In this document: positions 39,219-49,237 of the stretch, one piece after another | Layout: each line of letters opens with the position of its first letter | Numbering within the stretch: the first letter of the stretch is position 1 | Origin: an uncultured Clostridium sp. | GTDB lineage: Bacteria; Bacillota; Clostridia; TANB77; CAG-465 | Length of the DNA: 64,000 nucleotides | NCBI GenBank assembly: GCA_947361355.1 | Contig: CANAIR010000001.1 | Coordinates: 64,215-128,214 of the forward strand | Reading direction: 5' to 3' | Program-made: the position numbers and the translations under genes | The notes under the pieces: generated by a model | The model's input: the letters and a program-made list of their open reading frames with translations, nothing else | What the model was told of the DNA's origin: nothing | Databases searched by the model: none

Positions 39219-39302
39219 AACACCAAACACATAAAGTTTCCTGCTTATTGCTGCTTCCTTCCGGACCTGACAAGGTTCACAGTTCTCTATCGTTTGGTGC
39301 TA
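39219..39302 (-). ncRNA. ffs: Signal recognition particle RNA (small, 4.5S-like)
   Basis: The minus strand contains GTCAGGTCCGGAAGGAAGCAGC (conserved domain IV). It is closed by helix CACCAAAC/GTTTGGTG and sits immediately upstream of dnaX, as in Firmicutes. The ends are approximate. Confidence 0.8.
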
Positions 39303-39307
39303 CGTAT

Positions 39308-39336
39308 ATTATACAATAGTTATATTATAAAATCAA
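39308..39336 (-). promoter_or_regulatory. Promoter of the SRP RNA
   Basis: TTGATT, 17 nt, TATAAT on the minus strand. The -10 lies about 6 nt upstream of the predicted 5' helix. Confidence 0.6.
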
Positions 39337-39386
39337 GTGATTTAAAAAAATTTAACAAATACAGCATTTTTATATTTTTCAAACCT

Positions 39387-40358
39387 CTATTTTATTCTAA
39401 CAGCATACATAGTAAATTCTACATTTCTTGGACTTGAAGAAATTCTTTGATAATAATTAAAACCAGTGGTAGTTTCCTTTTCAAAAGTTTTCACACATGT
39501 AAAATGAGTCATAGACCAATCAGCATCATTTACTTTCCAATATGTGTCATAAATATCCATTCCTGGTAAATAAAAGGTCCATATTCCCTGTGTTTCAGGA
39601 CTATAATTGTAATTATCTCTAAAATAAAAATCTATAACCCATGTTCCAGCTGGTAATGTCCATGTTGCACTTGGTACTTCTACCCAATTTCCTTTTGTTG
39701 AAATATTTATAGTATTAGTTTTAGTATATATTTGTCCTATGTTATCAAGCTTACTTACTTTCTCTAATAAATTACTATATTCTTCTTTTGATATTGTTAC
39801 TAAATCTGATGGAGTATCAGTACCTCCTACTACTTCTTTCCCCTCACCATAAGATTTATCACCTATTTGCAATCTTAGTAAACCATCACCATCTACATTC
39901 CATTTTGTCTGACTACTATATATTGGTAGTTTCTTTCCTGTTATATAGTTATTTGCTTCTTCACTCTTTTCATTTGTAAATATTATCTTTCCTGCATCTT
40001 CATCATTTATCTTATATATTACTTCTCCTGTTGTACTCTTTACGCCACTTGTTACTTGATTTATTTGGCACTCTTTTATTCCTACTACTTCTTGTTTTTC
40101 CGCCATTATCTTTCCTACTGTATTTGTAAATATCATCTGCATATTTGCTACATCGCTTTCATACCTTGCCCTATTTGCCTCACTCATCGGATTGTTATGT
40201 TGCAAAGATATAATTACTGCTGCTGCAAGTATTATTACTACTATTATTGTTATCACTAGCACTATTAGTGATATTCCACCATAAGGGTTGGTTTTATAAA
40301 AAAGTTTCTTATTGCCTTTTTTACCCATTTTTTCTTTGTCTTTTTTCCTATTCTCCAC
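39387..40358 (-). CDS. Prepilin-like N-terminus protein with an unknown beta-rich C-terminal domain
   Basis: The basic leader ends in GG, followed by ISLIVLVITIIVVIILAAAV. The next roughly 130 aa are paralogous to ORF 47364..48791 (LPIYSSQTKWNVDGDGLLRLQIGDKSY vs MPVYNGVNAIWSTDSHGNVVLTVNGKEY). The start codon is ambiguous (GTG 40358 or ATG 40328). Confidence 0.5.
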   Translation of the reverse strand: MENRKKDKEKMGKKGNKKLFYKTNPYGGISLIVLVITIIVVIILAAAVIISLQHNNPMSEANRARYESDVANMQMIFTNTVGKIMAEKQEVVGIKECQINQVTSGVKSTTGEVIYKINDEDAGKIIFTNEKSEEANNYITGKKLPIYSSQTKWNVDGDGLLRLQIGDKSYGEGKEVVGGTDTPSDLVTISKEEYSNLLEKVSKLDNIGQIYTKTNTINISTKGNWVEVPSATWTLPAGTWVIDFYFRDNYNYSPETQGIWTFYLPGMDIYDTYWKVNDADWSMTHFTCVKTFEKETTTGFNYYQRISSSPRNVEFTMYAVRIK

Positions 40359-40552
40359 CTCATATTTTTACCTATCTTTTATTATTTTTTCCTTTATTTT
40401 ATATTCTATACTATTATTCTTAAATAGTCACTGGAAATTAGTTCCAATTTTTATATTTATTTTATATTTTTCTTGAATCTCTAGCAATACATCTATTATT
40501 TCAACTATATTTCATTTTTCTATCTTTTTTATTACAAACTTTTAACCATACA

Positions 40553-40590
40553 AAACCTAGCTAAAGGAACTTATCTCCTTTAACTAGGTT
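40553..40590 (-). terminator. Rho-independent terminator ending the coupling-protein operon
   Basis: Minus-strand stem AACCTAGTTAAAGGA/TCCTTTAGCTAGGTT (15 bp, one G-U pair), 7-nt loop, then TTTTGT. Confidence 0.7.
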
Positions 40591-40662
40591 TATATCTATA
40601 TTTTTATATTCATTTACATTTTTTACAAAATTTGTATAAATACTTTTTAGTTCTTGTTTATA

Positions 40663-40694
<32 letters not shown>

Positions 40695-40737
40695 AGTTTT
40701 ATCATATTTTCACCATCCTTTGTTTACATATTTATAT

Positions 40738-41424
40738 TTATTCTACTGTAAAAACAAATTTTCCTATATCTAATCTTAAAACACTAATTCCATTTGAAAT
40801 TAACTCCTCATTTGGCATTTCCAATTTTACTTTACATACATTCTTTTTATTAGAGGCATCTATAATATTAAGATTAAATGAAATATTGAATTTCAAATCA
40901 CTTATTCTAGTATTTAAAAAACTAAGTAAAGTTCCATCATATCGTATACTTTGCGTTCCAGATGAAACTTTTACATCTTGCATACAGTTTTCATTATTTA
41001 TACATAATTCAATTTTGTATTGACCATCCACATTTGATGGATATATATTAATTTTAGAACCTACATTCTCTAAATCAAATTTTTCTTCATAATTATTTTG
41101 TGTCAAATATAATTTACCTAATTTTGTAGGAGTTGATATATACATATTATCTATATATATCATTTTAGCCTCTGATTTACTATCAATTAACATTGTTATT
41201 TTATTAGTTTGTGAAATATCAAAAACTAAACTAGAAAGGTCTTTTACTTCTTGCTCATCTTTTTCTGCAACAACTAAATTAGACTCTAAAACAATATCGT
41301 TTATTCTATAGTTTCCTTGATTTATCTTTCCAGACGTATCAAGTAAATACATACCAATAGTTGCAACTAAAGCTATTGAAACAAAAATAATTAATAAAAT
41401 TATCACAATTTTCTTTTTACTCAT
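40738..41424 (-). CDS. Hypothetical N-terminally anchored protein
   Basis: ORF trimmed to MSKKKIVI, which has SD GGAGG. One N-terminal TM helix and a beta-rich remainder. No domain recognised. Confidence 0.55.
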   Translation of the reverse strand: MSKKKIVIILLIIFVSIALVATIGMYLLDTSGKINQGNYRINDIVLESNLVVAEKDEQEVKDLSSLVFDISQTNKITMLIDSKSEAKMIYIDNMYISTPTKLGKLYLTQNNYEEKFDLENVGSKINIYPSNVDGQYKIELCINNENCMQDVKVSSGTQSIRYDGTLLSFLNTRISDLKFNISFNLNIIDASNKKNVCKVKLEMPNEELISNGISVLRLDIGKFVFTVE

Positions 41425-41483
41425 TTTTTCCTCCAAAACAAAAACATTTAAATTTTAATATGATTTATTAATTTTAAATATCT

Positions 41484-43545
41484 TTAATCACTTATATCTG
41501 TTGAACCAAATAATTCGTCAAATTTCTTTTCCAATTCTTTTTGCAAATCAATTTCCTTTTTTGGTTCAGCAATATTACTATTTGTCTGAGCTGGAGTACT
41601 TAACACATTTGTATTTTGTATTGGTTTATTTATTACATTACTATTTGGTTGCTTTGTTATTGTACTTTGAGGTTTTACACTTCTAATTTTAGGTACTTGT
41701 ATATCAATATCTGACATTTGTTTATCGATATTATTAGCATTTCTTTGTAAATAATCTTTTCTTGCTTTATCTATTCTTTCTAAATGTGCTTTAACATCCA
41801 TTACTTTTACTGGAACATTTTCCGTTTTTGGCATTTCGCTTATATTATGAATTTCATATTGTTTTATTATATCTCTTTTAGGATGATACAAATAGTACCA
41901 TGCTTTTTTAGCTTTTATAGGCTTTAAAGTTCTTACCATTAGTATTTCATCATTAGTATTTAAACGTTTTAGCTCATCCACTGTCATAAGTTCTCTACCT
42001 TGACGTTGTTCGCTAAATGAAACTCCTTGCTTTTCTGTTTCAGTTTTATCCTTATTTACTGATTTACTCCTAAATTTTATTGTCTTTTGTCCTAGACTTT
42101 TAGAAAAGTACTCACACGTTTTTAAGGACTGACTTCCTAAAAATAGCTGTGTATCACAGTTACCAATAATATTTTCATAACTATCTTTATATAACGATTC
42201 TAATTGATCAAGTGATTGAACTACTATTGAAATACTTATCCCCAAACTTCTTGTAGTACTCAACTTTTTATTAAAATCTGGTATTTGACCAATATTTGCA
42301 AATTCATCAAGTAAAAAATATACTTGATTATTTAATGTTCCACCATTATTATCTGCTTGCAAGTATAGTTTTTGTAGCATTTGACTAAAAAATATAGTTG
42401 ATATAAAGTCATATGTACTATCTGAAGCTGACGTTATAACAAATAATGCTACTTTTTTTCTACCTAAATCATCGAAATTTATGTTATTTGATGTAGTAAT
42501 TTTTTGCATTGATGGAGTATCAAATGCTGTAATTTTTGAAATTGTTGATACAACTATACTTTGCATTGTTTTATCAGCAGCTGTACTAAAATTTTCATAC
42601 TCTTTTCTACCTGGATGAGTAGGTTTTAACTCGTCTAAAAATAATCTTTTAAAAACCTTATCATCTGCTCCCCCCTGTCTTATAATATTCATACAACTTG
42701 ATAAATTTTGTTCTTCTTTTGGTAAAACTGATATTACATAATATATACATGCTTTAAGTAACATTTTTGCAGTTTCATCCCAAAATGGATCATTACTTGA
42801 GCCACCTTCTTTTTTTGCACCCATAACAATTGTATGTGCTATAATATCAACACTTGTATGGTCTATTATATGTGCAAGTGGATTATATCTATCACTATAT
42901 TCTGGATTTACTAAATTAAATGCTCTTACTTCATAACCATTAGCCTTTAAAAATCCTGATGTTTCTCTATATAATTCACCTTTAGGATCTGTTATTACAT
43001 ATGAGCCCAAACATTGTAATATATTAGGTTTTATATAACAAGCCGATTTACCAGCACCAGAACCGTCCAACTACTAATACATTTTTATTAATTGCAACTT
43101 TTTTTAAGTCTGTTCCTAAATAGTGTGTCTTACTTAATATGAATCCATCTTTTTTATTTAATATTTCTCTACCATCATCAAGTTTATCATATTCTTCACC
43201 ATTTTTTGCCCATTCACTTGATCCATGCTCTATTCCTTCATACTCATAAGTTTTAGAAAATTTTATTTTCCATGCTATAAACATTATCACAAATGCTATA
43301 AATGTATAAATTGAACCTTTTATAAATCCTATGAAGTCAACAAAAAATACCTTCAAAAATCCAAAACTTACTAGATCATTAAAAAAATCCCCACAAATTC
43401 CTTTAATTCTTTCAAAAGAATTAGCATCAACATAACGACTAGCAGTATATACAAATGTTGCAACTATAAGTATATCAACAATAACATATAGTATTAAAAA
43501 CGGCATTGCCTCTCTTTTTAATTTCCTTAATTTACTATTTACCAT
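41484..43545 (-). pseudogene. VirD4/TraG-type type IV coupling protein, frameshifted within Walker A
   Basis: The N-terminal ORF 43048..43545 (two TM helices, HGSSEWA, ...NKNVLVVG) ends in RFWCW*. The next frame continues GSGAGKSACYIKPN... through DEFANIGQIP (Walker B). Removing one base near 43065 restores VVGGSGAGKS. Confidence 0.8.
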
Positions 43546-43673
43546 ATAATCCCCTCTTTTAACGACAAATAGTCTATATTAAATTAAGTTAATATAGACC
43601 AAATTTATATATTAAATATTACTATTAATGTATTTATTTAACTTAATAAATTCCATTTATTTGCCCCTTTTTA

Positions 43674-43919
43674 TTAAAATAGTGATTCATTCCCCTCACG
43701 TTCTAAATCTTCTTTTGTATATGTATTAGTTAGTATATTGTTTTCTTGACTTGTTATTACTTCATTATCTATTACTTTATCTTTTTTCTTTTGATAAGAC
43801 AAACTCATTTGTCCAACACTAACTAATCTTGCTGAAGTTTCTTTCATAGTTAATAAGTCTGAAAAAACAACAGCCCCCATTTTTATTTTTATATCTTTTT
43901 TATTAATATCATTATTCAT
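43674..43919 (-). CDS. Hypothetical 81-aa protein
   Basis: ORF 43674..44000 trimmed to MNNDINKK, which has SD AGGAGG. Confidence 0.45.
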   Translation of the reverse strand: MNNDINKKDIKIKMGAVVFSDLLTMKETSARLVSVGQMSLSYQKKKDKVIDNEVITSQENNILTNTYTKEDLEREGNESLF

Positions 43920-43989
43920 TGTAAAAAATCCTCCTTTTACTACATCTACTTCAACATCTAAACTACATTTTTTACTATGTTTAATTTTA

Positions 43990-44511
43990 TTAATCATCAA
44001 ATCTTAATTCAAGTACTATGTATGGTCTATGTGGTAAAATCTTACATTTTCCTTTTACTTTTCCTGTAAATTCGTCTGTATATAACACTGGTTTAACTTC
44101 CTCACCTGTCTCAGTATCAATTATTGAAAAATGCCTTTTCATATCAGGTGAATATTCAACTTCTTTGTATTCAACACCTGATTGATTATATATAGAGCCA
44201 TAACTTAATGGTACATTCGATTCTGTTGTTTTAAATCCCTTATCTGAAAGTTCACCAGTACTAAGTATTGCTTTTGAATTTGTTAAAGTAAGCAATACAA
44301 TAAGTTGTGGTTCATCATTAGTCTTTATAACACTAAAAGTTTTCTTTATTTTTCCATCTACCTGTGTATCAATACACTCAATCTTTTGTAATGATAAAAG
44401 TGAATGACCTTTTGCATACTCTTCCTCATTTTTTTCTACTACAAATGCAATTGTTGCCATACCAGGCATATCTATTACTTCAAATTTATTCATTTGTATT
44501 AAAGGTTCCAT
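43990..44511 (-). CDS. Hypothetical 173-aa protein
   Basis: SD AAGAGGTG. No domain recognised. First gene after the consensus promoter. Confidence 0.5.
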   Translation of the reverse strand: MEPLIQMNKFEVIDMPGMATIAFVVEKNEEEYAKGHSLLSLQKIECIDTQVDGKIKKTFSVIKTNDEPQLIVLLTLTNSKAILSTGELSDKGFKTTESNVPLSYGSIYNQSGVEYKEVEYSPDMKRHFSIIDTETGEEVKPVLYTDEFTGKVKGKCKILPHRPYIVLELRFDD

Positions 44512-44547
44512 CTTAACACCTCTTTCTGAAATATTTTAATATAAAAT

Positions 44548-44576
44548 ATTATACTATATAAGAAAAAATTTTTCAA
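44548..44576 (-). promoter_or_regulatory. Near-consensus sigma-A promoter of the coupling-protein operon
   Basis: The minus strand reads TTGAAA, an exact 17-nt spacer, then TATAAT. Confidence 0.65.
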
Positions 44577-44588
44577 TATTTTATTTTC

Positions 44589-46487
44589 TTATTCTGCTTT
44601 TTTTGTACCTATTTTTACAATTTGTTGTTGTGCATTATATCTATCTTTTGATAATATACCTGAATAAGTAACTACGCCATTTAATTTCTTTGTAATATAT
44701 GACTCAGAAGTATAACCATTAACTCCACCAGATTTTACAACTTGCGTTCCGTCTGGTATTGTATTATCATATTCATACTTTGTAGTAAATGGTATTGTAC
44801 TTAAATATTTATGAGATAAAATTACTTCATACTCTTTTTCTTCCTTTGTACCAAATATACTAATATTCAAACTTCCACCATTACTAAAAGATGTTACTAT
44901 TTTTACAGGATATTTTCTTGTATTTTTAAATTTAAAATCTAGACTAGGTGAATACACAGTTGCATCTCTACTAGGAGGTACATAACCAACTGGAAGTCCA
45001 TGTTGATGTCTTTCAACAATTTCTAAATTTGCCATTAAAGCAACATTATATAATGTTGATGTAGTTTGACAAATTCCTCCACCTAGTTCTTGTACTACTG
45101 TTCCTCCTTTAAAAGTTGCTGCGGCCTTATATCCTTTTGCTACAGTTGTATCACCTATTGCAGCGTTATATGAAAATATTTGACCTGGCATTATAACCTT
45201 TCCATTTAAATAATTTAATGCAATAGCTAAATTATTTGCTCTAGCTGCTTGACCTGGGTCAAAATATGTTGTATACCCAGCTAATTTATCTTTATATAAA
45301 GTATACGAAATATCAGCAAGTTTTACTTTTGGTTGTAATACAGTAATTGGAATTTCTATTTCTTTTCCTTCTTGCTTATTTTCCTCAAGATTTAATAAAG
45401 CTTTTACTTCTTCTAAATTTATATCATAGCCCAATTCTTCTTCAACTAATTTAACAGGATTTGATTCCTTATCAATATACGCATCTTTAGGTTCTTTTTT
45501 TAACTCTTTGTATATATCATCTATATTTATACTATTTGGTCTTTTATTTATTAAAGTAAGTTGTAAGCTATAGCTGTCATCATTAACTGATGTGCTACCA
45601 CTACATAAATATTCTAATATTTTTTCTTTTTCATCTTGAATATTTATAGTATTACCTGTTATACCACGTGTTATAACTAACTTTTTATTTGGATGATCAA
45701 TACTATATTTATCATCTACGAATCTATTTTTTAAAGTTAATTCAATATTTTTACATATTTCATCTAGTTTTTGTTCATTACATTTATATGCTACTTCAAT
45801 ATCTTTTCTTGAAAAATATGCTTTTAATATTTCAAAATTATTTACAAATATATTTTTATTTCTCCCAAAAGTCATAACATTTTCCACTGTTTTAGCAACA
45901 TCAATAGAAAATTCAATATCTCCAGACACAACTGTATAGATACTTTCTTTTTCTTGGTATATATCAATTTTTCTATTATCCAACTTATTTTTTATACTAT
46001 TTACTATCTCATCATTTTGCAATTCATCATTTGATTTTTCTTCAGTTTCTGAAATTAATGTAATTTTATCCAAAATAGCAGATACCTCATCTGCTGTTTT
46101 TCCACTCATGTCAATACCCAATACATATACATTTTTATATACATTTAAGTTCATCTTATTTATACATATTATTCCACCAAAAAATATTAATATCATAGCA
46201 ACTACAACACATATCGAGATAATAATAATCTTTTTTTTCTTTGGAGGAATCTTTTTATCTTCAAGTGGTTCTATATCTTTTTTCTTATCATCTTCATTTT
46301 TACTTAAACTTTCTTCACTTTTAGAATCTAAAGAATCTTCAAAGTTTTTTTCTTCATTAATTTTTTCATCTTTATCTTCTTTTACTTTTTCTTGTTCACT
46401 ATTAATAGTTTCTTTAGAAAGACTTGAATTTTCATCAATATCAACTAAATCTTCACCGTTAATATTCTCTTTTTTTTCTTTACTCAT
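44589..46487 (-). CDS. VanW-family protein with an acidic/lysine-rich N-terminus and a TM anchor
   Basis: SD GGAGG. VanW signature GGGICQTTSTLYNVA...ERHQH. Confidence 0.8.
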   Translation of the reverse strand: MSKEKKENINGEDLVDIDENSSLSKETINSEQEKVKEDKDEKINEEKNFEDSLDSKSEESLSKNEDDKKKDIEPLEDKKIPPKKKKIIIISICVVVAMILIFFGGIICINKMNLNVYKNVYVLGIDMSGKTADEVSAILDKITLISETEEKSNDELQNDEIVNSIKNKLDNRKIDIYQEKESIYTVVSGDIEFSIDVAKTVENVMTFGRNKNIFVNNFEILKAYFSRKDIEVAYKCNEQKLDEICKNIELTLKNRFVDDKYSIDHPNKKLVITRGITGNTINIQDEKEKILEYLCSGSTSVNDDSYSLQLTLINKRPNSINIDDIYKELKKEPKDAYIDKESNPVKLVEEELGYDINLEEVKALLNLEENKQEGKEIEIPITVLQPKVKLADISYTLYKDKLAGYTTYFDPGQAARANNLAIALNYLNGKVIMPGQIFSYNAAIGDTTVAKGYKAAATFKGGTVVQELGGGICQTTSTLYNVALMANLEIVERHQHGLPVGYVPPSRDATVYSPSLDFKFKNTRKYPVKIVTSFSNGGSLNISIFGTKEEKEYEVILSHKYLSTIPFTTKYEYDNTIPDGTQVVKSGGVNGYTSESYITKKLNGVVTYSGILSKDRYNAQQQIVKIGTKKAE

Positions 46488-46534
46488 AATACCTCCACTG
46501 ACTGATAATTATCATATGCACAAATATACCAATT

Positions 46535-47230
46535 TTATGATTTTCTTATTAAAACTATTGGAGTTAAAGTCTTAATTTGACCAGCTGGATTATCTTTTAC
46601 CATTTTCTTAAGTTCATCTTCTGAGTATTCTATTACATCAGATTTACCTAGTATTTCTACATTAAAATCATTAGCATCTACTATCATAGCTCTAATTCCT
46701 AATTTTTCAAAAATTTCATTGCAAACTCCTGTTGAATCTTCTGGAATTCTTATTCCAAATTCTGCATATTCCTTAAATACATTACCATAAAATCCATCTA
46801 ATCCACTAACCTCAGGTCCAACTATTTTGTAAAATACTCCATGTACTCTAAATATTTTACAAAATCCACCTGCAAGTGCTGCAAATATTACCTTTAACCT
46901 TCCACATAAATCTATTGCAAATTGCATTTTATATGGGTTGTCAACTCCTACACCTGCATCACTTCTCATAGCAAATTTAGATAAAAACTTTGCAAGTGAA
47001 GATACTTTCATATCTTTTTTATATACTACTCTTTTTTGACAAAGACTAATTATCTTTTCACTTATTGAAATTATATCTCCCTCTTCATATATAGGTAAAA
47101 CATATTTTTTTATTATATCTATATAGCTTTCACCTAGTTGAATATAATGAGTTTGAACAGCATGTCTTAAATACTTTTTACCATTAACATCAATTTCTAC
47201 ACTTTTACCATCTAAAGCTTTAAATTCCAT
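46535..47230 (-). CDS. CofE-like (F420-0:gamma-glutamyl ligase family) protein
   Basis: GDIISISEKIISLCQ and VDANDF resemble the CofE-like fold proteins common in Clostridia. Assignment is from recalled family members only. Confidence 0.55.
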   Translation of the reverse strand: MEFKALDGKSVEIDVNGKKYLRHAVQTHYIQLGESYIDIIKKYVLPIYEEGDIISISEKIISLCQKRVVYKKDMKVSSLAKFLSKFAMRSDAGVGVDNPYKMQFAIDLCGRLKVIFAALAGGFCKIFRVHGVFYKIVGPEVSGLDGFYGNVFKEYAEFGIRIPEDSTGVCNEIFEKLGIRAMIVDANDFNVEILGKSDVIEYSEDELKKMVKDNPAGQIKTLTPIVLIRKS

Positions 47231-47280
47231 AAAAATTCCTCTTTTCTATTTATATTTTTTACATAAATTAAGTATAATAC

Positions 47281-47316
47281 AAAAAAAAATAAATGTCAAT
47301 GAAATCAACATTTATT
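47281..47316 (-). terminator. Rho-independent terminator
   Basis: Minus-strand stem ATAAATGT/ACATTTAT followed by a 9-10 nt T-run. Confidence 0.65.
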
Positions 47317-47363
47317 TTCTTGCTTTTTCCAATTTTTATATAACATTTTACGTAATTATATGA

Positions 47364-48791
47364 TTATAAATATAATGCTACTCTAAAACCTATATATTCT
47401 GCTTTTTCTTCTATTTTTCGAGATTCTATCTTATTTGCTGGCGTTACACTACCAAATGTTCTATAACATCCACCTGCAATACTTCTTGAATCATCAGAAG
47501 TTGAATCCATAAGCCATTCATAAACGTTTCCAGAAATATCATATATATTTTTTACACTATTTATATTAGTAACACCTGTTGTAGTTAGCCATCCACCTTT
47601 ATTAAACTTTTTATCTTTACTATCTTCTCTAAGGTCAGTAGCTTCTTTTTTTATTGCCTTAGTTACATTCTTAAATTCACCCAATGACCAGTCTTCTTTA
47701 TTCATTTGAGCATATTTTGCGGTAGTCCTAGTAATATCAAAAGTTGAATTCATATAATTTCCCCAAGATGTAGAATCTTTTTCATCTAATTTGTTCATAA
47801 ATTTTAATATATCTTTCCATTGTGCTTCATATAACAAACAAGATTTAAAATCAATATATCCATAATCACTTTTTACTTGTCTTGCATAATATGCAGCTCC
47901 GCCATTAGTACTATTCATTGCTTGTGACCAAACTAAATTTGTCCAAGGAGTTTTATCTATTCTACTTGCTGCTCTTAAATTATCATTACTAGCCTCATAT
48001 CTTCCAACATAAAATCCACCATATGTTTCAACACTTTTTTTTACAATCAAGTATTCTTCTGATTCCTTTTCATAATAATTTTTTACTTCATTTTTCCAAT
48101 TACTCATATCCTTTACTGGTACCCATACATACTCATTTGGAACCATTTGACTATCTTGTATCACATATCCATTTTCTAATGTTGTACCTGATACATGTGA
48201 AAATCCTGCTGGCACATAAGGAATTTTTTTACTTTTTGCTTCTTCAATTTTATTAGTTCCATCACCAAGTGATACTAATGAATTTTTTAATGAAGCATTT
48301 AAATTAGTACCAGCTGAAGCTAAATATTCCTTTCCATTTACTGTTAAAACAACATTTCCATGTGAATCAGTAGACCATATAGCATTTACTCCATTATACA
48401 CAGGCATTTCCATTCCAAGTACAATTGAAGTATCTTGAGTTGCAGTTGCATTAGAAGCTTTTGTCTTCCATCCTATTTTACCACCTGTTATAGCTGAATT
48501 ATTAAGTCCATTTAATGTATATACTATACCATCTGAAACATCTTTTTTTTGTGAAATAGTAACAGTTACTTTATATTTTTCTTGTACCTGATTTGCAGCT
48601 TTCATTAATGTTTCTTGGACAGTATTTCTATCATTTATATACATTTCCACTTTCTTAGCTTCAATTGTATCTTTTTTTAAATACCATGAAAGTCCAAAAG
48701 CTGCTACTGCAATAACTATAAGCACTCCAATTATAATTCCAAAACTTATCAATGACATTCCTTGCCTTTTTCTCACTTCTTTCATACTCAT
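47364..48791 (-). CDS. Prepilin-like N-terminus protein fused to an FGE/SUMF1-type (formylglycine-generating-enzyme-like) domain
   Basis: SD AAGAGGT. Leader MSMKEVRKRQG, then MSLISFGIIIGVLIVIAVAAF. The C-terminal half has GGFYVGRYEAS, GNVYEWLMD, GGCY and IGFRVALYL, typical of the FGE-sulfatase fold. Confidence 0.7.
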   Translation of the reverse strand: MSMKEVRKRQGMSLISFGIIIGVLIVIAVAAFGLSWYLKKDTIEAKKVEMYINDRNTVQETLMKAANQVQEKYKVTVTISQKKDVSDGIVYTLNGLNNSAITGGKIGWKTKASNATATQDTSIVLGMEMPVYNGVNAIWSTDSHGNVVLTVNGKEYLASAGTNLNASLKNSLVSLGDGTNKIEEAKSKKIPYVPAGFSHVSGTTLENGYVIQDSQMVPNEYVWVPVKDMSNWKNEVKNYYEKESEEYLIVKKSVETYGGFYVGRYEASNDNLRAASRIDKTPWTNLVWSQAMNSTNGGAAYYARQVKSDYGYIDFKSCLLYEAQWKDILKFMNKLDEKDSTSWGNYMNSTFDITRTTAKYAQMNKEDWSLGEFKNVTKAIKKEATDLREDSKDKKFNKGGWLTTTGVTNINSVKNIYDISGNVYEWLMDSTSDDSRSIAGGCYRTFGSVTPANKIESRKIEEKAEYIGFRVALYL

Positions 48792-48883
48792 ACCTCTTAT
48801 TTTTAATAACTATATACAATATATTTTACACTATTATTTTTATTTATGCAACCTCTTAATTTTATTTTTCCAAATATATTATA

Positions 48884-48910
48884 TAAAAAAATTCCACCCT
48901 AAGGTGGAAA
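48884..48910 (-). terminator. Terminator of RNase P RNA
   Basis: Minus-strand stem TTCCACC/GGTGGAA followed by TTTTTTT. Confidence 0.7.
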
Positions 48911-49237
48911 AGCATTTCATAAGCCGGATTCTGTTTTAAATAGTCATTTATCTAGAATATACATCACTGTATATTTCAAGCCACTAACCACGAAAGACGA
49001 CGGGCAGTCTTAACCTTTCTTTCTTAGTGTTGCACCAAGTGGGGTTTACACCACTTCTATGTCTCCATAAAAGTTCGTGAGCTCTTACCTCACGTTTTCA
49101 CCCTTGCCACAAATTATGGCGGTTATTTTCTGTTGCACTTTCCTTAGGATCACTCCCACTAGACGTTATCTAGCACTATTGCCCTATGGTGTCCGGACTT
49201 TCCTCTTGAAAAAATTCAAGCGACTATTTGAAATACT
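48911..49237 (-). ncRNA. rnpB: RNase P RNA
   Basis: The minus strand contains GAGGAAAGTCCGG near the 5' end and ACAGAATCCGGCTTA near the 3' end. P1 pairs AGTATTTCA with TGAAATGCT. The ends are approximate. Confidence 0.85.
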
